Origin: Acidimicrobiia bacterium
GTDB taxonomy: Bacteria > Actinomycetota > Acidimicrobiia > Spongiisociales > ZC4RG35
Direction: 5' to 3'
Length of the DNA stretch: 57,722 nucleotides
Assembly: GCA_035711995.1 (NCBI GenBank)
Contig: DASTBQ010000110.1
Coordinates: 1 to 57,722, forward strand
Shown here: in pieces, positions 37,161 to 45,686 of the stretch
Layout of the letters: each line of letters starts with the position of its first letter
How positions within the stretch are numbered: position 1 is the first letter of the stretch
Notes under the pieces: model-generated
Database searches by the model: none
The model's input: only the letters and a program-made list of their open reading frames with translations
What the model was told of the DNA's origin: nothing
Position numbers and translations under genes: made by a program

Positions 37161-38048
37161 GTGCTGGCAGTCCACGACCTCCACAAGAGTTTTGGTGACA
37201 TTCGCGCCCTGCAGGGCTGCACATTCACGGTTCGACCCGGCGAGATGCTCGGCTTCCTCGGGCCCAACGGGGCCGGGAAGACCACGGCGATGCGGATCAT
37301 ATTCCGGCTCATCAAGCCCGACACCGGAACGGTGACCTGGAAGGGCACACCGATCAGCGAAGACGACCTGTTGAGGTTCGGCTACATGCCGGAGCAACGC
37401 GGCCTGTACCCGAAGATGCGGGCCGGTGACCACCTGGCCTATCTGGGCCGTCTTCATGGGATGAACAAGGCAGCGGCACGCTCTGCCGCCGAGATGTGGC
37501 TGGCCAGATTCGGACTTGGAGACCGGATGGGAGACCCGGTCGAGTCGCTCTCCCATGGCAACCAGCAACGGGTCCAACTGATCGCTTCCCTGGTCCACGA
37601 TCCAGACCTCCTCGTTCTCGACGAGCCGTTCAGTGGTCTAGACCCGATCGCCGTCGAGACGATGTCCGACGTCTTGCTCGAGCAGGCGGCCGCGGGCAAA
37701 GCCGTTGTCTTCAGCTCTCATCAGCTCGACCTGGTCGAGGATCTCTGTGAGCAGGTGGCGATCGTCAACGCCGGAGTTGTCGTCGTGTCGGGCAATGTCC
37801 AGGATCTGAAGGACGCGGCACCGATGCGTCATCTCGAACTCGAGGTCGACGGGGATGCTTTCGCCCTCCTCGACCAGCTCGAGGGGGTGATCGAGACCAG
37901 TATCAAAGGTGACAGGATCCTGGCGACGATCGACGCTGCAACCGATGTCCGGGGGTTTCTGGCTCGAGCGCAGGAAGCGGGCCAACTGCGCCACTTCGCA
38001 TACACCACACCCTCGCTCTCCGATCTATTCCGGGAGGCGGTGAGATGA
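37161..38048 (+). CDS. ABC transporter ATP-binding protein (ABC-2/NatA-like)
   Basis: GPNGAGKTT, LSHGNQQRV and LVLDEPFSGLDP. GTG start at 37161. Confidence 0.9.
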   Translation: MLAVHDLHKSFGDIRALQGCTFTVRPGEMLGFLGPNGAGKTTAMRIIFRLIKPDTGTVTWKGTPISEDDLLRFGYMPEQRGLYPKMRAGDHLAYLGRLHGMNKAAARSAAEMWLARFGLGDRMGDPVESLSHGNQQRVQLIASLVHDPDLLVLDEPFSGLDPIAVETMSDVLLEQAAAGKAVVFSSHQLDLVEDLCEQVAIVNAGVVVVSGNVQDLKDAAPMRHLELEVDGDAFALLDQLEGVIETSIKGDRILATIDAATDVRGFLARAQEAGQLRHFAYTTPSLSDLFREAVR

Positions 38049-39250
38049 AGGCGCTGTGGCAGGTTGCGCTTCGCGAGATCACCGAGCGTGTCCGCTCCAG
38101 GGCTTACCTGTTCACCACCGTCCTCACCATCCTCATCGTTCTCGGTCTGATCGTCGTTCCCACACTCTTCGGCTCGGAGACCGAAGCGGCGACAGTGGGT
38201 TCCGTTGGAGAGGGCAACGACGAGATAATCGCCACAGCCATCGAATTGGGAAACGCCGACGACGAGCCTGGGGACCCACCGACGATTTCCATCGAGACGG
38301 TCGAGTATCCCGACCGGGACAGTGCAGTCCGCGCCCTGGAAGATGGGGAAGTCGACGCAGTGATGGTCGATTCCGACGAGGTGATAGTCGCGAGCACGAC
38401 GGGGTTCGGCGGAGATTCATTGGTCGGAGGGCTGCAGGCCGCCGCAGGCACCGTTCAGATCCAGGCGGTGGTCGAGGAGCAGGGCCAACAGGCGGCGGAC
38501 ATAATCGCCATCATCACATCCGACCCGCTCGAGGTGACGCCCCTCAGTGGAGGTGACAGTGAGCACAGCGACAGCCGAACCGCCATCGCCTACTTCGGGC
38601 TTCTCCTTCTCTACCTGGCAGTCCTCCTCTACGGCACTTGGATCCTCACCGGGGTGACCGAGGAAAAGTCGAACAGAGTCGTCGAGGTCCTCCTCTCCAG
38701 CATTCGCCCATGGCAGGTGCTCGGCGGCAAGATCCTTGGCATCGGAACATTGGCGATGGCGCAACTCCTCGGCACCGTCCTCGTGGCCATGGTGGCGCTA
38801 CGTGTCACCGGGGCGTTCGATCTCCCCCCGATCGAGGTGACCGCCGTCCTCAACCTCCTGTTGTGGTTCATCATCGGGTTCCTCCTCTACGCCGTTCTCT
38901 TCGGCGCCGCCGGCTCGCTGGTTAGTCGGATGGAGGACGCAAACTCGATCGCGATGCCGATGTCGATGGCCGCTGTCGTGGGCTTCTTCATCTCGATCGC
39001 GACCTTGAGCAACCCCGACGGCACCATTGCCGTGATCGGGACGTTCGTGCCGATCACGGCTCCATTCGTGGTGCCGGTACGAACTGCGCTCCAGGCGATC
39101 CCGGTATGGCAGTACGTCCTGTCGCTCGTGATTTCCGTCGTCACGATCGTGATACTCACCCGGGTGGCCGGACGCATCTATGCAGGTGGTCTTCTCCGAT
39201 ACGGGGGCCGGGTCAAAGTCCGTGAGGCCTGGCGATCCGCCAGCGAATGA
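38045..39250 (+). CDS. ABC-2 type transporter permease (NatB-like)
   Basis: N-terminal TM helix, a roughly 150-aa external loop, then 5 C-terminal TM helices. It has a 4-nt overlap with the ATPase gene. Confidence 0.75.
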   Translation: MKALWQVALREITERVRSRAYLFTTVLTILIVLGLIVVPTLFGSETEAATVGSVGEGNDEIIATAIELGNADDEPGDPPTISIETVEYPDRDSAVRALEDGEVDAVMVDSDEVIVASTTGFGGDSLVGGLQAAAGTVQIQAVVEEQGQQAADIIAIITSDPLEVTPLSGGDSEHSDSRTAIAYFGLLLLYLAVLLYGTWILTGVTEEKSNRVVEVLLSSIRPWQVLGGKILGIGTLAMAQLLGTVLVAMVALRVTGAFDLPPIEVTAVLNLLLWFIIGFLLYAVLFGAAGSLVSRMEDANSIAMPMSMAAVVGFFISIATLSNPDGTIAVIGTFVPITAPFVVPVRTALQAIPVWQYVLSLVISVVTIVILTRVAGRIYAGGLLRYGGRVKVREAWRSASE

Positions 39251-40056
39251 GCTACGAGCACCTCGAGATCGAAAAGGACGGGCATGTCGCCACTCTGTGG
39301 CTGAATCGCCCCGAGAAGCTGAATGCACTGTCGGAGGACATGTGGCGCGACATCCCGATGGCGATGGCCGAGGTCGACGCCGACGACGACCTCAGGGTCT
39401 TGATCCTCGCCGGCCGTGGGAAGGCGTTCACGGTTGGGATCGACGTCAATCTGCTTGCCTCGATCCAACCGACCGGACCTTCCCCGGCGACCGGCAACCT
39501 CCATATCTATCGAGAGATAAAGAGGCTTCAGAAAACCGTCTCGTCGTTCGCCGAGACGGCGAAACCCGTGATTGCGGCTATTCACGGATATTGCCTTGGC
39601 GCCGGTGCGAACTTCATCTCCGCGTGCGACATCAGACTGGCTTCGGCGGACGCGATCTTCTCGATCAGGGAGACCAGGATGGGATTGGTCGCCGATATCG
39701 GCGCATTACAACGTCTTCCCGGGGTCGTCGGCAGCGGAGTCACGGCTGAGATGGCGTTGACGGGAGCCGACTACCCGGCGGAGTGGGCGTTGCAGAAGGG
39801 TCTCGTAACACGTGTGTTCGAAGACCATGAGAGTCTGCTCAACGGGGCTCGTGAGCTGGCCGGGCAGATCGCCGCCAACTCACCCCTGGTCACCCAGGGG
39901 ATCAAACGTATCCTCCAGGCAAACGACGGCCGCACCATCGATCAGGCCCTCGACTACATGGCGCAGTGGAACTCTTCGTTCCTGGTTTCAAACGATCTGA
40001 TTGAGGCGATGAACGCGTTCATAGAGAAACGGGACCCCGACTTCACCGGGACGTGA
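39247..40056 (+). CDS. Enoyl-CoA hydratase/isomerase (crotonase) family protein
   Basis: LNRPEKLNAL, GRGKAFTVGID and IAAIHGYCLGAGANF. Confidence 0.85.
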   Translation: MSYEHLEIEKDGHVATLWLNRPEKLNALSEDMWRDIPMAMAEVDADDDLRVLILAGRGKAFTVGIDVNLLASIQPTGPSPATGNLHIYREIKRLQKTVSSFAETAKPVIAAIHGYCLGAGANFISACDIRLASADAIFSIRETRMGLVADIGALQRLPGVVGSGVTAEMALTGADYPAEWALQKGLVTRVFEDHESLLNGARELAGQIAANSPLVTQGIKRILQANDGRTIDQALDYMAQWNSSFLVSNDLIEAMNAFIEKRDPDFTGT

Positions 40057-40377
40057 CCTCACGTCGAGACTGCACGTCCTTACCAAAGCGGACATCCTGC
40101 AGGGTCGACGAGATGGACCGGATCCAACCTCAGCGCCGGTCCTGTCGGAACAGGGTGCGCACCGCGGAGTTCTTCCACAGATTTCCGAACTGATCCACTG
40201 ACGCTTCTTGCCGATGAGAAGCGCCGGCCTCTCCACCGGAGCCCCGCTACCGAAGGCAATCCGTGTTTCAGTCGTACGGTTCCTTTCCTGGGTTGGTTCT
40301 ATCGCAGCTCCGTTCCGCCACCGTTACGAGATCTGGAAACATCGTTCCGTAACGGAGATCGGCAACAATCTGGGTGA

Positions 40378-41766
40378 ATGAGTGACTTCGACGCCACAGT
40401 CGTCGGCGCAGGGCCAAATGGTCTGGCTGCGGCGATCGAGTTGGCGCGCAACGGCCGCAAGACCCTCCTCATCGAGGCAGCCGACAACGTGGGGGGAGGG
40501 GCACGTACCGACGAACTGACCCTCCCAGGGTTTCGCCACGACATCTGCTCTGCGATCCACCCCTCGGGTGTGGTCTCTCCCTTCTTCGAGGAGATTGGGC
40601 TAGAGATCGACTGGGTGCAGCCCCCGATTCCTTTCAGCCATCCCCTCGACGGCGGGGAGGTCTCTGTCCTGCGACGAAGCGTGGACGACACCGCTGCCGG
40701 CCTCGGTGCCGACGCCGGCTCCTACAGGAACCTGATGGGGCCGATAGTGGAGAATATCGACGACTACGTCGACACCGCCCTCAGACCGGTGACCGTTATC
40801 CCCCAGCACTTCTCTGCATTCCTGCGTCTCGGCATCATCGGGGGGATGCCGGTCTCGATGCTGTCTCGTCGCTTCGAGACGAGAAGGGGACAGGCCTTGT
40901 TGTCAGGTATAGCCGCTCATGCGATCGCGCCCTTCTCGGGTCTGGCCACATCTGCGGTGGGACTGATGCTGGGGGCGATAGCGCACAGCCACGGCTGGCC
41001 CCTCGCCCGCGGAGGCTCGGATGCGATCGCGATCGCCCTGGCAAAACGCTTCGAGGATCTGGGCGGGAAACTCGAATTGGGGCGAACCGTCGAGTCTGTC
41101 GACGACCTCCCCGCGGGCAAGGTGTTCCTCGACGTGATGCCTCCTGCGGCGTTTCGGATCGCGAAGAGCCGGATCTCCGCGGCCAAGGCGCGTCGGTTGT
41201 CGCGCTGGAAGCCGGGTCCGGGGGTTTTCAAGATCGACTGGGCATTGGACGGGCCAATCCCGTGGGCTGACCCCCTGAGCAGCCAGGCCGCCACCGTGCA
41301 CCTCGGTGGACGCTATGCCGAGGTGGCTTCGGCCGAACGTGCCGTATCCAAAGGCGAACATCCCAGACGACCATTCGTCCTCCTCGCCCAGCAGTCGCTT
41401 TTCGACGACGCCCGGGCACCCGTTGGGAAACACACGGCTTGGGGCTACTGCCACGTCCCCAACGGTTCCACTGTTGACATGACCGACGCGATCGAGAGCC
41501 AGATCGAGAGATTCGCCCCCGGATTCAGAGACCTCGTCCTGGGGAGGTCCACCCGCGGTTCGGTCGAGTTCCAGACGTACAACACCAACTACATCGGTGG
41601 TGACATCAGCGGTGGTCAATACGGATTGAAGAAGGTCCTTCAGATCGGGGCGAAGTCTCCTTACTCACTGGGTGGAGACGTCTATCTGTGCTCTTCGGCC
41701 ACGCCACCAGGCGCCGGTGTCCACGGTATGTGCGGTTACCACGCCGTTCGGGCGGCTCTGGCCTAG
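40378..41766 (+). CDS. FAD-dependent oxidoreductase, phytoene desaturase (CrtI)-like family
   Basis: VVGAGPNGLAAAIELARNGRKTLLIEA dinucleotide-binding motif and the C-terminal GGDVYLCSSATPPGAGVHG motif. Confidence 0.75.
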   Translation: MSDFDATVVGAGPNGLAAAIELARNGRKTLLIEAADNVGGGARTDELTLPGFRHDICSAIHPSGVVSPFFEEIGLEIDWVQPPIPFSHPLDGGEVSVLRRSVDDTAAGLGADAGSYRNLMGPIVENIDDYVDTALRPVTVIPQHFSAFLRLGIIGGMPVSMLSRRFETRRGQALLSGIAAHAIAPFSGLATSAVGLMLGAIAHSHGWPLARGGSDAIAIALAKRFEDLGGKLELGRTVESVDDLPAGKVFLDVMPPAAFRIAKSRISAAKARRLSRWKPGPGVFKIDWALDGPIPWADPLSSQAATVHLGGRYAEVASAERAVSKGEHPRRPFVLLAQQSLFDDARAPVGKHTAWGYCHVPNGSTVDMTDAIESQIERFAPGFRDLVLGRSTRGSVEFQTYNTNYIGGDISGGQYGLKKVLQIGAKSPYSLGGDVYLCSSATPPGAGVHGMCGYHAVRAALA

Positions 41767-41940
41767 ACGCCAAATAACGTTCTGGGCGTGAAACCGCCGT
41801 TTATCCGGCTGTTTCTACGCCCAGAACCGATATCGCAGAGCCGTCGACCTAGGAACACGATGCAGACTGGGCACTTCTCCGTCATCGGATCGGGGACGAA
41901 CACGGTGCTTTCGAGTTGGCCGGTCGTGCGGGGTCCCTAG

Positions 41941-42163
41941 CCGAGTCCCAGGCAGACCCCCTTGGACCAGGAGGCGATCGACATCGCGAGACGGTCGGGA
42001 TACCGGCATCATCAGGCTGCCTTGCTGAACCATCTCGCCGATCTCGAGCACAAGACCGGGAACGCCGACCGAGCCGAAGGCCCTCACCGAAGCCGTGACC
42101 ATCTTCGCCGACATTGCCGCTGCCGACTGGGAACCCGAGGTCTGGCTCCTCCGCGAGTGGTGA
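41941..42163 (+). pseudogene. Frameshifted C-terminal remnant of a TPR-type regulator
   Basis: Frame A reads DQEAIDIARRSGYRHHQAALLNHLADLEHKTGNADRA. Frame A+1 continues KALTEAVTIFADIAAADWEPEVWLLREW*. There is no N-terminal part and no plausible start or RBS. Confidence 0.35.
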
Positions 42164-42203
42164 CCGTCCACATCTGGGGCTTATACACCGCCGGTCTCCG
42201 GCG

Positions 42204-43250
42204 TTATGCGCCCAGCACGGTTTCTCGGAGACGGTCCACAGGTATTGCGTGTGCGGTCCGTCCCTTCAGGCCGGTGGTCGTCTCGGCGGCGCACAAGGCG
42301 TTGAGGATCGACTCCTCGGTGGCATCGGCGACAGCGTGGAACAATCCGTCCATCTCCTTGTTGGGCAGGGTTTCCAGTGTCCACGGCTCACCGTCGGCGG
42401 GTAGATGGTTTCCGGTCGCGAACACGAGGAAGATGTCGCCCGAGGAGTCGTGCCCGTACCCCCCAACCCTTCCGAGACCAACGGAGATGCGTTTGGCCAG
42501 CCGATGGCACTGGACCGGAAGCAACGGTGCATCGGTGCCCGTGATCACGATTATCGAGCCGCCCTTCGGCGGCTCATCCCACGGTGAGGGCACTTCGTCG
42601 GTCCCGATCAGATTTCCCACCGCGACCCCGTCGACACGCAAGTCGCTCCGGCGGCCATAGTTGGCTTGAACGAGAACACCGAGCGTGTGCTCACCCACGA
42701 CTCTCGACGAGGTCCCGATCCCGCCCTTGAACTCGTGACAAACCATCCCGGTACCACCACCAACAGCCCCCTCGGCGACCGGTCCATCAGCGGCCGAGTC
42801 GAAAGCAGCCCGGGCATGCTTCTCGGTGAGCGGGAACGAGTTGACATCACTCAGCCAACCGTCCCAGGTCTCTCCGACGACCGGCAGATGGAAAGCCTGA
42901 TCGACACCTGACTCCACCCCCGCCTTGACCAAGAAATCCCGGACCAATCCCACCTGATGGGTGTTGGTGATTGCGATGGGTGACCCGAGGAGACCCGTCT
43001 CCTCGATCCAGGGAAGACCTGTCATCTCCCCGTTACCGCTGAAGTTGTGCCACGCAGCGTACGAGTAGTCGGTCCAGATCTCCCCGTCTCTAGGGACGAT
43101 CATGGTCACACCCGTCCTCGCCACGGTTGGCTCATCACGTATCAAGGTCGAGTGGCCCACCCTGACCCCGGGCACATCCGTGATTGCATTGTGCCGACCT
43201 GTCGGCAACACCCCTATCTCGATCCCCAGATCGCGCAAGCGTGGTCTCAA
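42204..43250 (-). CDS. Peptidase family S58/P1 (DmpA-like L-aminopeptidase)
   Basis: NAITDVPGVRVGH, ARTGVT and GGGTGMVCHEFKGGIGTSS. Confidence 0.8.
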   Translation of the reverse strand: MRPRLRDLGIEIGVLPTGRHNAITDVPGVRVGHSTLIRDEPTVARTGVTMIVPRDGEIWTDYSYAAWHNFSGNGEMTGLPWIEETGLLGSPIAITNTHQVGLVRDFLVKAGVESGVDQAFHLPVVGETWDGWLSDVNSFPLTEKHARAAFDSAADGPVAEGAVGGGTGMVCHEFKGGIGTSSRVVGEHTLGVLVQANYGRRSDLRVDGVAVGNLIGTDEVPSPWDEPPKGGSIIVITGTDAPLLPVQCHRLAKRISVGLGRVGGYGHDSSGDIFLVFATGNHLPADGEPWTLETLPNKEMDGLFHAVADATEESILNALCAAETTTGLKGRTAHAIPVDRLRETVLGA

Positions 43251-43313
43251 AGCAGAGGCACGCTACATCCCGAGTACCGTGCCGCGCAGCATGGGGCCGC
43301 AGCCGGTTTCTCG

Positions 43314-44618
43314 ATGAGCACGTTGTTCACCAGAGGCTCCGGCTTGCCCCTCGTCGAGCGAGCCCACGGATGCTGGATCACCGACCGCGACGGCAAGCAG
43401 TATCTGGATGGGGCATCCGGTGCGTTGGTAGTGAACATCGGACACGACGACTCCAGGGTCACGTCGGCCATCCGCGGTCAACTCGACGCGGTGTCTTACG
43501 TACACCCAACGGCGTTCGACTCCGACGTGGTCGCTGTGTACAGCGAGGCACTTGCTGCTCGACTCCCCATGGATAACCCTTCGATATACCCGGTGTCGGG
43601 AGGCTCCGAGGCGGTGGAGACTGCACTGAAGGCGGCGCGTGCTTTTCATCTCGCCAATGGGGAACCGGAGAGGACCATCGTGATCGGGCGCGAGCTGTCC
43701 TACCACGGCAACACGATCGGCGCCCTCGACGTGTCGGGCCGTGAGGCGCTGCGCGAGCCCTATCTTCCCTGGCTTGGCAACGCCGGCAGGGTGCCGGGTG
43801 TCCTCGAGTACAGGTGCCCCAACCCCGCCCACCCCGATCGCTGCGGTCGTTGGCACGCCACAATGCTCGACGCCGAGATCGAAAAGCTGGGGCCCGAACG
43901 CGTCGCTGCGTTCATCGCCGAGCCCGTTGGCGGGGCTGCGAGCGGGGCGGCCCTGCCTCCGGCGGAGTATTGGGATGAGGTCAGCTCGGTCTGCCGGCGC
44001 CATGGAGTGCTGGTGATCGTCGACGAAGTGATGACCGGATTCGGGCGGACAGGGGCTTGGTTCGCTTCAGAGCACTTCGAACTTCAACCCGACATCATGA
44101 CCATGGCGAAGGGGGCGTCGGGCGGCTACTGGCCTCTGGGGGTGACCGCGTTCTCCGAGCAGGTGACGGCCGCGCTCACCGGAGCAGGTTTCATCCACGG
44201 TTTCACCTACTCGCATCACATCGTCGGCGCCGCCGCCGGCTCCGCTGTGATAAAGCGCATGGACCAGTTGGGTCTGGTCGAGAGGGCCAGGAAGATGGGA
44301 CCGATACTCGAAGACGCCCTGGCCAGAGCTACCTCGGCTAATCCGCACGTCGGCGACATCAGAGGCATCGGGCTTCTCTGGGCCATCGAACTGGTAGCGG
44401 ACCGGGGTACGAAGACACCGTTCCCGGCGAGTGATCGTGTCGCGCTCCGGCTCACCAAACTCGCCCGCGACAACGGGCTGCTGGTGTATCCATCGACGGG
44501 CAGCGCCGGCGGTGGTGCCGGTGACCTGGTGATGATCGGGCCGCCTCTCATCGTCCGCGAGGATGACATCGAGACACTTGCTGACCGGCTACACAGCGCT
44601 TTGGAGGGTATGGCTTGA
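43314..44618 (+). CDS. Class III PLP aminotransferase (omega-aminotransferase-like)
   Basis: YLDGASGALVVNIGH, PVSGGSEAVETALK, VIVDEVMTGFGRTG and TMAKGASGGY. ATG at 43314. Confidence 0.85.
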   Translation: MSTLFTRGSGLPLVERAHGCWITDRDGKQYLDGASGALVVNIGHDDSRVTSAIRGQLDAVSYVHPTAFDSDVVAVYSEALAARLPMDNPSIYPVSGGSEAVETALKAARAFHLANGEPERTIVIGRELSYHGNTIGALDVSGREALREPYLPWLGNAGRVPGVLEYRCPNPAHPDRCGRWHATMLDAEIEKLGPERVAAFIAEPVGGAASGAALPPAEYWDEVSSVCRRHGVLVIVDEVMTGFGRTGAWFASEHFELQPDIMTMAKGASGGYWPLGVTAFSEQVTAALTGAGFIHGFTYSHHIVGAAAGSAVIKRMDQLGLVERARKMGPILEDALARATSANPHVGDIRGIGLLWAIELVADRGTKTPFPASDRVALRLTKLARDNGLLVYPSTGSAGGGAGDLVMIGPPLIVREDDIETLADRLHSALEGMA

Positions 44619-45670
44619 GTTTGACTGCGATTTGGTCCGACGGCGCCCTGGCCCATGACCCGGAGGGGGAGGTCTGGATCGGGGTTCGAATAGATGGAGA
44701 CGAGACCCCGGAACGGGGCGAGGTGTTGGGTCGGGTGATCGAAGACCTCGGAGTCGAGGTCGTTGTTCCGATCGAGCACGGAGATGGCCCGATCGTCGCA
44801 ATACACGATTCCGGGATGCTCGAATATCTGCGGACCGCATACGACGAATGGGTGGCCGCGGGCTTTCCCGAAGACCCGGGCCAGGATCGGGTCGTGGCCT
44901 ACGCGTTCCGTCACCCAGGTGCGTTTGGCCATGTGGCCAATCGTCTTCCCCGGAGCCGCACCGCCATGGCCGGTGTCTACTGCATGGACACCTGCACGGT
45001 GATCGGACCCAACTCGTACCGGGGCATTCGATTCGCGGTCGACGCCGCATTGACCGCAGCAGACCTGGTGCTCAGCGGGAAGGGTCATGCATACGCAGCG
45101 GTGAGACCTCCGGGCCATCACGCCGGAACCGACTACTTCGGGGGCTCGTGCTACTTGAACAACGCCGCGATCGCAGCCAACTACCTGGCGAACGAGACCG
45201 GGTCTCGCGTCGGCATAGTCGACATCGACGCCCACCACGGCAATGGGACTCAGCAGATCTTCTACGAACGAGACGATGTCTTGTACACGTCGGTCCACGT
45301 CGACCCCGCCCAGGGATGGTTTCCGCACTGGTGTGGGTTCGCTGAGGAGAAAGGCACCGGAAGGGGTATTGGCCACAACCACAACTTTCCCCTCGCACCA
45401 GGGATCGGGGACGATGGCTACGTCGCTGCGGTGGCCGAGGCAGCAGAACTCGTCGATTCCTCGGGCGCCGAGGTCCTCATCGTTTCGTTGGGTGTGGACG
45501 CCGGAGTATCCGACCCCGAGTCGCCACTCGCCGTCTCCACCGAGGGGTTCGGCGGCGCCGCCGAGGTCTTGGCAGGACTGGAAAGACCCACTGTCCTCGT
45601 GCAAGAAGGGGGATACCACCTCGCGGCGTTGCATCGAGACCTGACGGCTATCTTGACCCGATTCTCCTGA
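44615..45670 (+). CDS. Histone deacetylase-family amidohydrolase (acetylpolyamine/AcuC-like)
   Basis: RPPGHHA, YLNNAA, DIDAHHGNGTQ and EGGY. The TTG start overlaps the upstream TGA. Confidence 0.85.
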   Translation: MSLTAIWSDGALAHDPEGEVWIGVRIDGDETPERGEVLGRVIEDLGVEVVVPIEHGDGPIVAIHDSGMLEYLRTAYDEWVAAGFPEDPGQDRVVAYAFRHPGAFGHVANRLPRSRTAMAGVYCMDTCTVIGPNSYRGIRFAVDAALTAADLVLSGKGHAYAAVRPPGHHAGTDYFGGSCYLNNAAIAANYLANETGSRVGIVDIDAHHGNGTQQIFYERDDVLYTSVHVDPAQGWFPHWCGFAEEKGTGRGIGHNHNFPLAPGIGDDGYVAAVAEAAELVDSSGAEVLIVSLGVDAGVSDPESPLAVSTEGFGGAAEVLAGLERPTVLVQEGGYHLAALHRDLTAILTRFS

Positions 45671-45686
45671 CCCTGACGGAACATCG

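Noticed and set aside
41815-42171. 118-aa minus-strand ORF in the 41767-42203 gap.
   Set aside because: It has no motif and no RBS, and its composition is low-complexity. The plus-strand TPR-like remnant explains why the region stays open.
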